NCBI RefSeq assembly: GCF_006345805.1
Contig: NC_043005.1
Coordinates: forward strand, 65,224,001-65,288,000
DNA: 64,000 bases
Direction: 5' to 3'
From: Octopus sinensis
Lineage: Eukaryota
A program made the translations under genes and the position numbers. The notes beneath the pieces are model-generated. The model did not search any database. It was not told the origin of the DNA and saw only the letters and a list, made by a program, of their open reading frames with translations. This document shows positions 12,845 to 25,909 of this stretch, one piece after another. The first letter of the stretch is position 1, and the number at the start of each line of letters is the position of its first letter.

Positions 12845-15800
12845 TTGAAAAGAAAATTTCTAACAGTACACCGAATCGCTTGTTCAATGGTTACAAAGAA
12901 AGCGCGCCCGCCAGGTGGCTGCCAGCCTGATGGCGAAGAATTTTCAAATGGCAGAATATCTTCCCCGAATACGAACCTGGAAGGTCACTTAAACAGGATT
13001 TGTCCCAAATTAAACCCCCAAAGTTCACCACCACAACGACCAGAAAATCAAAAAAGTAAAAGAATTAAATGGAACCGGGAAGAATATAAAGAAGTAATAT
13101 ATGCTTATTACTTTGCATTAAATAGGCCAACCCAAGAAAAACACACCGCAAACTCCTACAGAATTTGGAAGAGCCGGAATCCAGCTAGCAGACCAAACCT
13201 AGATGAAAACAGATTAGCAAATGTTAGAAGAGATATCTTCAGAAATACTCGACTCACAGATGTCAGGAAAGAAATAACGAAGGTGAGGAGAGGAATGTTG
13301 GGCCACAAGCATTGACTGAAAGGCGACCACCTGCCGAAACGACTCAAGATCCTGAAGAAGAAGGAAAATATAATGACTCTAGAAAAAACAGCCCGGAAAA
13401 TGATGTCGAAACAGAATTTGAAGACCTCATGTTTGTTGAACAACACAGAAAATCTATCATTGAAATGAAGCAAGAAGTTCTGAATGAGCTTGCAGTTGTA
13501 GGCCATACAACTATGAATGATAGGGAACCACTTCATAAACTCTCAAATGCACACCAACATAAAACACAAATAAAAATTGGCAACTGCGTTACACAGGAAA
13601 TCATACAACTAAAACCCGATCTTAATAAATTAAATTAAATTATTTACTCTGTCGCTAAGGTAATCGAAAGACGCTGTTTAACACCCAAAAAGCCAACAAT
13701 ACCAAATTCGAAAAGAAAATCAAACAGGAGGAGTAGAATTGAAACTGAAATTGAATCATTGCGAAGGGAGATATCAATATTAACTGAGCTAATCTCTGGA
13801 AATGATGTAAGATCAAGAAAAGGCAGGAAGATTGTGAGAAAATATGGTCACTCAACAAGAGAAAAACTAATCTCAGCGAAAGAAACACTTAAAGCAAAAG
13901 CTCAGAGAATACGCAGATTTGAGAAAAGAATCAAATTCTACGAACAAAATAAGATGTTCAAATCCAATGCCAAATCATTTTACAGGGAAATAGGGAAAGA
14001 AAAAATAACCATTGAAAATCCATCCCTAATGGAAGAAGTTGAAAACTTTTGGAAGGGGATCTGGAGTGATGAGAAACCATACAATGAAAATACAGAGTGG
14101 ATCAAACGCACCCAAGATGACTACAAAAGTCTACAAAAACAGGTATGGGAAGACATCTCAATCGCCGACCTAAGGAGGGCACTAGCGAAGGCTCATAAGT
14201 GGAAATCCCCTGGTATTGATAGAGTACCAAATTTCTGGCTCTCATCACTCTCGTCCGCACACAAAATGTTAGTAATACTATTTAATAGTGTTATGAAAGA
14301 CCCGGAAAAAACACCACATTGGATGGCAAATGGTATTACTTACCTCCTTCCCCAAAATATCAAAACGAAAGACCCCAAAAACTACCGACCTATGACATGT
14401 TTATCTACTACCTGTAAGATTTTGACATCTATTCTAGTAAAGAAAACATATACGTTTATGGAAGAGAATAACATCTTCCCCACTGAACAAAAAGGATGCA
14501 GACGAGGCTCATACGGATGCAAAGATCAGCTCCTAATTAAACGCATGATCCTTGAGAACTGCCATAACAAGCGCAGAAATCTCAGCTCTTCATGGATTGA
14601 TTATAAAAATGCCTTTGAAAGCATACCACATTCGTGGATTCTGAAATCGCTGAACATTTTCAAAATTTCTCCTGTGATTTCATATTTTTTAAAGTATAAT
14701 ATGTCACTGTGGAACACGAAACTCCAATTATATCATTCTAATGGAGTATTGCACTCAAACAACATTAGCATAAACTGTGGTATTTTCCAAGGTGACTCAC
14801 TTTCTCCACTAATTTTCTGCATAGCACTAATACCACTCTCAAGTGAACTGAATAGAACAGGATATGGCTACAAAATTGACAACAGAAAAATAAGCCATCT
14901 AATTTATATGGATGACTTAGAGCTATATGGCAAAGATGATGAAAAGCTTGAACGATTATTACATACTGTGAAAGGATTCAGTGATGATATCGGGATGGAG
15001 TTTGGCCTTGAAAAGTGTGCCAAAGCCACTTTTAAGAAAGGGAAATTGGTAAAGTCTAGCTAAATCGAATTAGATGCCGAAATAGTAATAAAGGAACTTG
15101 GGCAGGAACAAACCCTAGGAATAAATGAAGGCTCTGGTATCCAGCATGCAAGCATGAAAGAGGAGGTTAGGAAAGAATGTTATAGAAGAGTTCGAGCACT
15201 TCTGAAGTCTGAGCTGAATGCATATAATAAGGTGTTAGCCATAAATTCCTTAGCAGTACCAGTTGTTCTATATAGCTTCAATGTGCTTAACTGGAATACT
15301 AGTGAAATAATGAAAATTGACAGAAAAATCCGCAAGCTACCGACTTGTAATACTTTGCACCATCCAAAGGCAGACGTGGATCGTCTTTACCTTCCCAGAG
15401 CTCAGGGAGGTCGAGGTTTGATCCAGCTTGAACTTACATACAAAACCACCACAATCGGACTGGCCAATTACCTTGAAGCAACCAACGATTGGATGCTAAA
15501 ACATGTTGAAAAGCATGAAAGACTTAAAAAAAACTTCACTCTATTCTCAAAGAGAGCAAAAAATTCGCTGCTGATCTCTTAGATACCCACCAGATTGATC
15601 AGGCTGAAGAAAATACGCCAACTGCAGGTGCAAAGAAAATAAAATTAATTGCAAAGACAAAAGCACATGAAAATTTAGCTAGCAGATGGGAACAGAAACC
15701 TTTCCATGGCAAGTATGTGGCCCGTAGCAAACAAGCTGATGTCGACCAGAAACACACGCACCAATGGTTACGAAGCTTAGAGCTAAAAGCAGAGAGTGAA

Positions 15801-15900
15801 GGTTTCATATTAGCTGCTCAAGACCAAAGCTTATTAACCCGGAACTACCAAGCCAATGTGATGAAAAATGGAGCTGACCCAAAATGCCCAAAATGCCAAA
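12845..15900 (+). mobile_element. R4/Dong-like non-LTR retrotransposon, degraded ORF, 3'-truncated
   Basis: ORF pieces include an N-terminal KRIKWNREE...YY motif and RT motifs WKSPGIDRVPNFWL, KNYRPMTCL, EQKGC, WIDYKNAFESIPH, GIFQGDSLSPL and YMDDL, followed by DVDRLYLPRAQGGRGL and QDQSLLTRNY. The element ends at DPKCPKC, then (AAT)n. Stops or frameshifts occur near 13270, 13638, 15063 and 15530. Confidence 0.85.
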
Positions 15901-15949
<49 letters not shown>

Positions 15950-15967
15950 TAATAATAATAATAATAA

Positions 15968-16548
15968 TAGTGGTTTCAAATTTTGCCACAAAGGCAGCAC
16001 ATTTGAGGGAGAGGATAAGTCGATTACTTCGACTTCAGTGTTCAACTGCTACTTATTTTATCGACACCGAAAGGATGAACGGTAAAGTCAACTTCAACGG
16101 AATTTGAACCTAGAACGTAGCGAAGCGCGAAATACCTATTTCTTTACCACCCACAAAAGGCTAAACACAGAGAGGACTAACAAGGACAGACACACGGATT
16201 AAGTCGATTATATCGATCCCAGTGCGTAACTGGTACTTAGTTTATCGACCCTGAAAGGATAAAAAACAAAGTCGACCTCGGCGGAATATGAACTCATAAC
16301 GTAACGGCAGAGGAAATACCTATTTCTTTACTACCCACAAGGGGCCAAACACAGAGAGGACAAACAAGGACAGACAAACGGATTTAGTCGATTATATCGA
16401 CCCCAGTGCGTAACTGGTACTTATTTAGTCGACCCCGAAAAGATAAAAGGCAAAGTCGACTTCGGCGAAATTTGAACTCAGAACGTAACGGCAGACGAAA
16501 TACCGTTAAGCATTTCATTCACCGCGCTAATGATTCTGCCAGCTCGAT
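15968..16548 (-). mobile_element. SINE family C, three tandem body units
   Basis: Reverse complement of the 3194-3768 architecture, flanked by (AAT)n and (ACT)n. Confidence 0.85.
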
Positions 16549-16552
16549 GCCT

Positions 16553-16593
<41 letters not shown>

Positions 16594-16605
16594 TACTACT
16601 ACTAC

Positions 16606-16643
<38 letters not shown>

Positions 16644-16649
16644 GAGTAC

Positions 16650-16684
<35 letters not shown>

Positions 16685-16696
16685 GAATAATAATAG

Positions 16697-18790
16697 AGAA
16701 GTAAGGCCTCAGTATGGCCTGGATCGACTACAAAAAGGCGTTTGATAGCATCCCCCGCACATGGATCCTCGAAACACTAGCCATTAACAAAGTAGCACCA
16801 ACAATTATAAAATTCATAGGACACTCTATGAATAAATGGCAAACAATGCTACAGCTCCAAACAAAAGAGGGACTCATGAAAACCAAAGCCATCCCCATTA
16901 GAAGAGGTATATTCCAGGGAGACACGCTCTCTCCGCTCCTGTTCTGCTTGGCACTGTCACCTCTATCTGATTTGCTAAATAGAACTGGATGCGGATATAA
17001 ATGTTACGGCAAAACGATCAGCCACCTTTTATATATGGATGACCTAAAACTATACGCTGCAAATGACAAACAGCTGGAAACACTATTAAAGACAGTTCAT
17101 GGATTTACCAAAGAAATAGATAGGAAATTCGGATTAGAAAAATGCGCCAAAGTAACCCTGAAAAGAAGAAAACTAGTTAAAAGTAGCAACATCACACTAG
17201 ATAAAACCAATGAAATAAAAGAATTAGACCAAAGCCAAACCTACAAATGCTTAGGAAACCATGAACTAGATAAGACACAACACACACAAATGAAAGAGAA
17301 AATAAAAAAAGAATATTATAGACGAGTTAGATCAATACTAAAAACAGAGCTCAATGCTAAAAACAAGATAATAGGTATTTACACTTTAGCTGTCCCAGTT
17401 ATAAGTTACAGCTACAATATCCTTAACTGGACACGAAATGAACTGACCAAAATAGATAGGAAAACAAGAAAAATAATGACGGGATCTAGGATGCATCACC
17501 CAAAATCTTACATAGAAAGACTATATATACAACGTATAGAAGGTGGTAGAGGCCTTATACAGCTGGAAAACTACTATAAAATAAGCACCATAGGACTGCA
17601 AAAATATCTACTTCAGAAGGAAGGAAACCTGATACAAATAGCGGCAAAACACGAGCAAAACAAAAATTGTTCTCAGTATTTAAGGAAGCTGAAAAATACA
17701 AACAAGAAATACAAACAAGAAGAAGAAGAAGAAGAAGAAGAAGAAGAAGAAGAAGAGAGAAGAAGAAGAAGAAGAAGAAGAGAGAAGAAGAAGAAGAAGA
17801 AGAAGAAGAAGAAGAAGAGAAGAAGAAGAAGAGAAGAAGAAGAAGAAGAGAGAAGAAGAAGAAACAACAAAAGCTATAAAACAAATGAAATCCAAACTAA
17901 AACTAGAACAGCAAAGAACCATGATAAAACGATGGCAAGAAAAGCCCCTTCATGGTAAAAACTGCACTAAACTAAATGCAAAAGAAATAGACAAAGAAAA
18001 ATCCCAGCAATGGTTGAGAAGCTTAGGACTCAAAGTAGAGACAGAGGGATTTTTAATTGCAGCACAAGACCAAAGCCTCCCCACCAGAAATCACCAAAAA
18101 CATGTAATGAAAAGAAATATAACAACTGCAGAATATGTAGAGATGGACAAGAAACAATAAATCATATTATCTCTGGCTGCCCAATCCTGGCTTAGAAGGA
18201 ATATATTCACAGACATGACAGAGTTGGAACCTACATACACTGGAAGCTATGCCAACATTATGGAATAGCAACAGAAAAAAGATGGTATAGGTACACACCA
18301 GAAAAGGTCACAGAAAACGAGAAAGCAACCATACTCTGGGATATGCCGATACACACAGATAGAGAAATTAAAGCCAACAGACCAGATATAGTTGTCAGAG
18401 ATCATGAAGAAAAAAATTCTTTCTAATTGATGTATCAATACCGGCAGATGACAACGTGTCTCTAAAAGAAATGGAGAAACTCTCAAAATACAAAGATCTG
18501 GAAATAGAGGTAACCAGAATGTGGAATCTAAAAACAGAAACAATTCCTATCATAGTAGGTGCATTAGGCATGATAAAAATATTCAAACAAATACATAACA
18601 AAAACACCAGGACTTACAAACACATATAACATACAGAAAATTGCACTACAAGGCACTGCACACATCCTACGCAGAACACATTCCATACAATAACCATCAG
18701 AGCATCACAACAAATCACAACACATACCCAAGGCACACAGAGCTGCGCTCCGTAGTCAAGTGAAAGCACGCTATAAAAATAAAACTATTG
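16697..18790 (+). mobile_element. R4/Dong-like LINE, 5'-truncated, with CCHC knuckle and restriction-like endonuclease
   Basis: RT motifs WIDYKKAFDSIP, GIFQGDTLSPL and YMDDLK. Zinc knuckle CRICRDGQETINHIISGCP..RHD. REL motifs RPDIVV..LIDVSIP..KYKDLEIE..PIIVGALG. (AAT)n lies on both sides. Confidence 0.9.
17716..17863 (+). repeat. (GAA)n expansion inside the LINE coding region
   Basis: About 150 bp of interrupted GAA repeats between YKQ and the continuation of the LINE ORF. Confidence 0.9.
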
Positions 18791-18803
18791 AATAATAATA
18801 ATG

Positions 18804-18854
<51 letters not shown>

Positions 18855-18959
18855 TGTGCCTGGTGTACCCTTATCAGACGGGTAGTCATGATGGGTATAT
18901 TGGGCTTCGTATATTTTACCCCAGTGTCACTTTCATGGCATGCACTGCTCTCTCACTCC

Positions 18960-18995
<36 letters not shown>

Positions 18996-19071
18996 GTAAT
19001 AATAATATTGTAATAATAATAATAATAATTATAATAATAACAACAATGACTAATAATAATAATAATAATAA

Positions 19072-19285
19072 TCCTTTCTACTGAAGGCACAGGGCCTCAA
19101 ATTTGGTGGGAGGGCACTAGTCGATTACATCAACCCCAGTCTTCAACTGGTACTTAATTTATCAACCCCGAAACGATGAAAGGCAAAATCGACGTCAGCG
19201 GAATTTGAATGTAGAACGTAGCGAATGGCGAAATACACTAAGCATTTTGTCCAGCGAACTAACGATTCTCCAAGCACGGCGCCTT
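19072..19285 (-). mobile_element. SINE family C monomer within (TAA)n
   Basis: Minus strand AAGGCGCCGTGCTTGGAGAATCGTTAG...CAAATTCCGCTGACGTCGA...AGAAAGG(ATT)n. Confidence 0.8.
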
Positions 19286-19298
19286 AATAATAATAATG

Positions 19299-19375
<77 letters not shown>

Positions 19376-19979
19376 AATGATAATAATAATAGCAATAAAT
19401 AAATGAAATATAAATATATATATATATATATTAACATTTAGGTATTTAATATGTAATAACATCTGTCTGTATTTACAACGAACTAAGTAACTAATTTTAT
19501 TCTTTTATCTCGACAGAAATCTTGGCAAGTTTAAGTATGTGTGCAAAATGTCATCAAAAATATGTGCCAACGTTGCTGTAAAAGCCGATGGCATTTTTTC
19601 TCCCCGAAGATCAATATTGACCGAATTTCTTGCTTAGTTTATTGTTTAAAACAGACAAATCGTACAGTAGAATTCTTGAATTTCAAGCCGAAAAAAGTAG
19701 TAACAATATTTTCATTTTGTCAGCTGGAACCAATCGTGTGATTTAAAATATAGTGCTTTCTTATATTAAATTCATAGTACCTGTCAGAAAATGGACAACC
19801 GACAAAAATTTATTTTAGGTTGTCAGTTTCTTTTTGCACTCAATTTCGTTTCTATCCCTTAAAAAAAGCATCTAACACGTATAGTCGTTGAATTGCTTAA
19901 TGCGTGTTCGTGTATGTGTGTGAGTGTGCGTTCGTATGGGTGTGCGTTCGTGTGAATATGTGTGTGCATGTGTTATTAC

Positions 19980-20012
<33 letters not shown>

Positions 20013-20032
20013 CATTAGTAGTAGTAGTAGTG

Positions 20033-20098
<66 letters not shown>

Positions 20099-20099
20099 T

Positions 20100-20270
20100 T
20101 AAGACGTCGAGCTTGGAGAATCGTTAGTTCGCTGGACGAAATGCTTAGTGGTATTTCGCCCTTCGCTACGTTCTAGGTTCAAATTCCGCTGAGGTCAACT
20201 TTGCCTTTCATCGTTTCGGGGTCGATAAATTCAGTACCAGTTGAAAACTGGGGTCGATATAAGCGACTAG
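20100..20270 (+). mobile_element. SINE family C, 3'-truncated
   Basis: The head AAGACGTCGAGCTTGGAGAATCGTTAG and B box AGGTTCAAATTCC follow an (ATT)/(AGT)n tract. Confidence 0.8.
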
Positions 20271-21452
20271 TGAGTATGTGTGTGCGCGTGCACACGCGTG
20301 CGAGAAATGGTTCTGAACATAATTATGTGTCTCTATGCAGGATGGCAGTGTGCACGATGGAAGCTAATAGGAAAGAATCATAAAAGTAGGATAATAACTT
20401 TTTAGATGGTTTGCAATTATAATAAGAATTAATAGAAATTTAACGTTACCAGCGATTGCAACTTAGAAACTGCACAAATTCTGGGCTAAAGGCATAGTCT
20501 TTCTTCCTGGTTTTGTGATTTTTACCGAGGACCTTGTTTGATAGAAGTGAATAGTGTTGCCTGTTCATAAAAAATATCTTTTTCATAGTTCTTGCTAAAT
20601 CACGCGTATACGAAACATGATATATATTCATGTGATAAATCTTCTCTCTTGAGTTATTTGTTTGTCATCCCAATACGATTGCCAAAATCGATCCATGCTA
20701 AAAGATTCATTACATCTATTGACTTAAGTAATGAAATATTCGGTTCTCGAATGAATTATTTTATAAGAGCCAAAATAAGTAGTTAGCAGTGGTTTCTGTA
20801 CGGAATCTTGTTGGATGAAGACACTTGAGACAGTCAATAATTCATTTGGAATGCGAATTGAATCATTTGTGACCGGAAATCATCTAGTGGAATGTATGAC
20901 GTGTTCACGTTTATGATACACGTGACAGGTCGGATATTGTTGTGTTTCCCATAGGCCAGGCCATTGGACCTGGTTGCTTGACAGTTGTTCCATGTAATAA
21001 CACAAAAAACACACAGATGATTCCTTTCCTTAATGTTGAAAGAATTCTTGGCTGTATAAGACGAAGATACACGTACCATCAGAGCATATCTAGCTGAGCC
21101 ATTAGGACTGCCTGCGATTCTGTATACATACACACATACATGTATATACATATACATATCTAAATGTGTGTGCGTGTATGTACCTGTTAGTCGATTTCTT
21201 TGTGTATCATCCATTTTCCATGTTAGTATAGTTTCGACGGGGACGTAGTTGACGTAGGGTTTTATGTCGTATAGTTTTCATCAGGCCAACATTTGCCTGT
21301 TTTTCAAGGGAATTTAATTTCGCAGGTTTTGTGCGACCTATACAATGTCAACAAGGATTGTAAACATTTGGCATTGTTTTCCTTTGTAAACTCGTGGAAT
21401 TTCAATGTTTACATATGCGTGTGCTTTTGTCCATGCGTTATTATATATATAT

Positions 21453-23492
21453 AATTTATAAGTAAGGGCAAAAGAAAAAATTTCTAATGCCAAAATATGC
21501 CAACGTCAATAAATATGTTATTTATCACTACAAGCTCGTGTTTCGAAGAAAGCCGATAGAAATTTCTATAAAATCCCGTTATTACCATATCGGACCCGAT
21601 TTCATAAGAACCTTCCCTTCATCAGTGATAAATGTGGCAAAGAAATTATTTCTTTGCCGCATTTATCACTGATGATTGATTGATTGATTGATTGATTCTA
21701 GTTTCAGCTCACGAGCTGTGGCCATGCTGGGGCACCGCCATTTGGTGTTGCTACATCGTTTTACTTCACGAATGCTTTTTAGCAACTGCCATTTGGTGCA
21801 TGAGAGAGTTCGATGCAGCTGCCCTCATCTGCACCTCCTGCCGTGAAGTTGGTTCATCTGGGATACCTGACAAGAAGAGATCCAGTTTCATTTTAAAGAC
21901 ATCTGCATCCACCCCATGCAGGTCTCTTAGGTTCTTCGGGAGGATATTGAAGAGCTGTGGACCTAGGAAGCCCAGGCTATCACAGTATCTTGTCCTACAT
22001 CTTGATGGCAAATTTGGAGTCCTTGGCACCACGCAGTGGCGCCCAGTTCTGGCATTTGTGTAACTCTCGATACCAAAGTTTGGGACAAGTCCTTCCAGGA
22101 TCTTCCAGATGTATATTATGGCATATCTTTCTTGCCTACGCTCCAAGGAATAGAGTTTTAATCTCTTGAGTCTTTCCCAGTAGCTTATATTCTGCACAGA
22201 GGCTATCTTCTTCGCGTAGCTACGTTGGATCGCCTCAAGTTCTGTGATCAACTTGACACTGGATGGTGACCATAGCTGAGAGCAATAGTCAAAGTGGCTT
22301 AGGACAAGTGTTCTCCAGAGGACCATCATGGTTTCCTGGTCTTTTGTTCTAAAGGTTCTAAGAATCCATCCGGCCAGTCGTCTACATTTCATTACCAATT
22401 TAGCAACATGTACACGAAAGGTTGCGTCATCACTCATGTAAATACCCAGGTCACGCACTGATTGTGCCTCTGGGATTGCAATTCCTCCGGGTCCAGTGTA
22501 TTCATTGGGTATTGCATTTAGTTTTGCATGCTGATAGCATAAAGCTTGAAACTTTTCAGCATTGAACTGCATGCTATTCTTTTCAGCCCACTTGTATATT
22601 TTGTCCAGCTCACATTGCAGGCGTTTAGTGTCTTCAGGGTTCTGTATTGCCTGTGAAACTTTTGTATCATCTGCATAACTTGTGATCGTGGCTCTCTGCG
22701 TGGCTGAGGGCATGTCTGAGAGGGCCATTATGAACAATAGTGATCCCAAAACAGTGCCCTGCGGAACACCGCTCACTATTTGCGTCTTAATGGAAGTGGC
22801 CACATTGGCTACTACCACCTGACTTCTATCTTTCAGAAAGTCATGTAGCCATTCTCCCAGTTTTCCAACTATGCTAAGATCACGCAGTTTGTGACATATC
22901 ATTCCATGATCGACTTTATCAAAGGCCTTTGCAAAGTCGAGATATATCACTTCCACATTTGAGTAGTTGAGCAGTCGTTTCAGCTCCCAGTCATAGTGTT
23001 GTAGGAACTGAGTTAAGCAGCTTCTTCCTGGTCGGAAACCATGTTGGGTGTCAGGCAGCAAGTCATTTTCTTCAAGGAAGGTGATCAGTTTCCTTCTGAC
23101 TATTCGTTCTATGATCTTGCTGATGTGTGAGGTCAGAGAGATAGGTATGTAGTTCTTGGCCTCCGCTCTGCTACCTCCTTTATGAATAGGGCATATTTTA
23201 CCTTCCTTCAGTTTTCTTGGAAGTTTGCCAGTTGCAGGGAAGGTTCTTATGAACTAACTCTGAAATCGGGTCCGATATGGTAATAACGGGATTTTTTAGA
23301 AATTTCTATCGGCTTTCTTCAAAACGCGTGCTTGTAGTGATAAATTACATTGTTATTGACGTTGTGTCTATTTTCGGCATATTTTGGCATTAAAATTTTT
23401 TTCTTTTGCCCTTACATATAAATTGTTTATAAATTTAACCTTTAATGGTATTTTTAAATATGCTGGCCATTGATAGAATTTTATCCTACGTT
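21453..23492. mobile_element. Foldback (inverted-repeat) element centred at 21647, with hammerhead motifs in both arms, interrupted by CR1
   Basis: 21453-21646 is the reverse complement of 21648-21675 joined to 23236-23424 (small indels). The right arm continues into a 3' extension also seen at 35490-35560 and 36290-36380. Confidence 0.8.
21676..23235 (-). mobile_element. CR1-like LINE, 5'-truncated, RT frame open
   Basis: The frame is open from 23235 to the stop at 21766: KNYIPISLTSHISK, QHGFRPGRSC, YLDFAKAFDKVDH, SGVPQGTVLG, YADD, VRDLGI. It has a 3' UTR and an (AATC)n tail. No target-site duplication was seen. Confidence 0.92.
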
Positions 23493-23498
23493 AGATAT

Positions 23499-23548
<50 letters not shown>

Positions 23549-23661
23549 ATTTCTATATATATATATAGTAAATCCCAAAAAGAACAAACACAAAGAGCAA
23601 CAACGCTAGGACGTGCTGCATTTAATGTATTAGCAGATGCTCAGAAAACGAAAGAAAGATG

Positions 23662-23697
23662 GTTTAACGTTTCGGGCAGACGCTCTTCTTCGGAAAC
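23662..23697 (-). ncRNA. Minimal type I hammerhead-like motif (CCGA core variant)
   Basis: Minus strand: GTTT-CCGAAGA-A-GAGC-GTCT-GCCC-GAAAC-GTT-AAAC. Stem I is GTTT/AAAC and stem III is the palindrome ACGT. Confidence 0.5.
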
Positions 23698-23883
23698 TAT
23701 GGAAATCTCCAATAGAAGGAGAGACGGAGGAAGAAAATCGCCAAACATTCATATGTGGTTATATTTTGAAATATATATATATTGGTAAAACGGTAAGATA
23801 ACAAAAGAAAGAAAGAGACCTCAATATTATGTAAATAGAGGAAATTTATCTATACAATAATATGTTACATTACTCGATAGTCA

Positions 23884-23946
23884 AGATAAAACTCTGAGTT
23901 TCAGATGCCGAAGTGGAAATCCACAACACCATCTCTTCGGTTATCT
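23884..23946 (-). ncRNA. Type I hammerhead-like motif (CCGA core variant)
   Basis: Minus strand: AGATAA-CCGAAGA-GATG...CATC-T-GAAAC-TCAGA-GTT-TTATCT. Stem I is 6 bp and perfect; stem III is ACTC/GAGT. Confidence 0.55.
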
Positions 23947-24321
23947 GGCTATTTGAAAACGCTATGAAAAAATACCGTTATATAAAGGGAAATTACTGTG
24001 TTATAACTCTGGTTGCCTGCGTACTTATACATCGCTCGCATTTTTCGTCATAAAAATTATATAAAAATACATAAAAAATATATAAAAATACATAAAATCT
24101 TCTTGGGACATAACATAGAAAGCATGTTCTATCTGTTTTCTTTAGGGGACCAAAAACGTAACAGAAATTTAGTCATATGTGGGCATGATCCGAAAAGTTC
24201 TGTCCTTGTGTTTAGACATGTAGTAGGGTCTAAGCTGCTTTTCCAGATAAGCCATCTCTCTATGTCGCATAGACCGCACCTTCGAGTAATGTAATGTAAC
24301 ATATTATTGTATATATATATA

Positions 24322-24470
24322 TACGACATGCTTCCAAAAGTCTGCGTCTACCAAAATTCACTCTCAAAGAGTTGTTTTGTCTGGGTCTCTAGTAGCACAA
24401 ACTTGCCCAATGTGATGTCCAGCGTGACTGAAACCAATTTCGTGTGATTGCGCAGCAAATTTCCCAACCT
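24322..24470 (-). mobile_element. Degenerate SINE family B head
   Basis: Contains CAAAATTCACTCTCAAAG...CTTGCCCAATGTG, similar to family B copies. Confidence 0.5.
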
Positions 24471-25335
24471 CAAAACCGTAAGACAATTTAGAAACATTTT
24501 ATTCCGGTAAACACAATGAAAATTAAAAGTGTGGTAGTGTTTAGATGATATAAAAAGATATTAGATACCCTAACGTTGGTAAATCAACAAGCTGAATACT
24601 CAGTGAAGCTTCCAAAATCATATTCGTGGACAGATATTAATTCAGACCATAATACAGATTTAATTGAAATTGAAATCAAATAGCTAAAAGGTGAAACCGT
24701 TAAAGATTTACACTTGCTAAAACAAACAGAATACAAACAAAACTAACATACGGAAATACGAAACGACGGAGAATATTTACTTTGAGAAGAAGGCATAGAA
24801 AAGCCATATAATAAAGAATAGATGGTAAACTAGGAATGACTGGTGATATTCTATTATTTATTAAAAGAGTAGAATAATAATAATCAAAATAGACATAACA
24901 CTTCATAAATATAGCTGTTCTGTATGTGGAAAAGTAAAAGGCAAAGGTTATTTTAAATATATAATCAGCAGCATTGAAGAAATGTATAATAAAATGAGAT
25001 TCCAAACAGCAAGTGCATGAATAAACAAACACGTGCTTCGCCAAATAAGTCTAGTCGTTACAGCTAAGTTCTAGTTTGTGTTTCATATCAATAGTTATTT
25101 ACTATGAGCTCTTCTTGTGAACAACATGAATGAAGCGGTATCTGTTTTCTCGTGAAGGCTGTGTAAAGTGTCAGATTAATCTTCTTATATTTTTTTTGTG
25201 TTTACGAAGAGATAATAAGATGTGTTCGCATCTGTTTCAAGTTCCACAGCTTAAAACTTCAAAACTGTTGTATGATTGAAATTTATCTTGAGTTCTCTAA
25301 TACATGCTGTGCATTACATAAATATCATACACACA

Positions 25336-25500
25336 CGCGTAGGAGTGGCTGTGTGGTAAGTATCTTGCTTACGAACCGCACGGTTCCGGGTTCAGTCCCA
25401 CTGTGTGGCACCTTGGGTAAGTGTCTTCTAGTATAACCTCGGGCCGACCAAATCCTTGTGAGTGGATTTGGTAGACGGAAACTGAAACAAGCCTGTTGTA

Positions 25501-25555
<55 letters not shown>

Positions 25556-25770
25556 ATTTGTGTGTCTGTGTTTGTCCCCCCACCCAACATCACTTGACAA
25601 CCAATGTTGGTGTGTTTATGTCCCCGTAACTTAGCGGTTCGGCAAAAGAGACGGATAGAATAAGTACTAGGCTTACAAAGAATAAGTCCTGGGGTCGTAC
25701 TCGACTAAAGGCGGTGCCCCAGCATGGCCACAATCAAATGACTGAAACAAAAGTATAAACGAGTAAAGAG
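25336..25770 (+). mobile_element. SINE family B
   Basis: Full head, CORE-like segment, microsatellite and tail, as at 9869. Confidence 0.9.
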
Positions 25771-25779
25771 TACACGCAA

Positions 25780-25827
<48 letters not shown>

Positions 25828-25909
25828 GCGCTTGGGCGTAGAGAGACACAGGAGGAATAACAGATAGAACAACATATAACTAGGCGTATAAATAGCTTTT
25901 AATCCTTTA

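Noticed and set aside
20880-21110. Possible REL-LINE or transposase relic (KHNNIRP)
   Set aside because: The match is too short and degenerate to support a call.
21221-21290. Hammerhead candidate on the minus strand (CTGATGA...GAAAC-TATA-CTA)
   Set aside because: Stem III has a mismatch and stem I does not pair.
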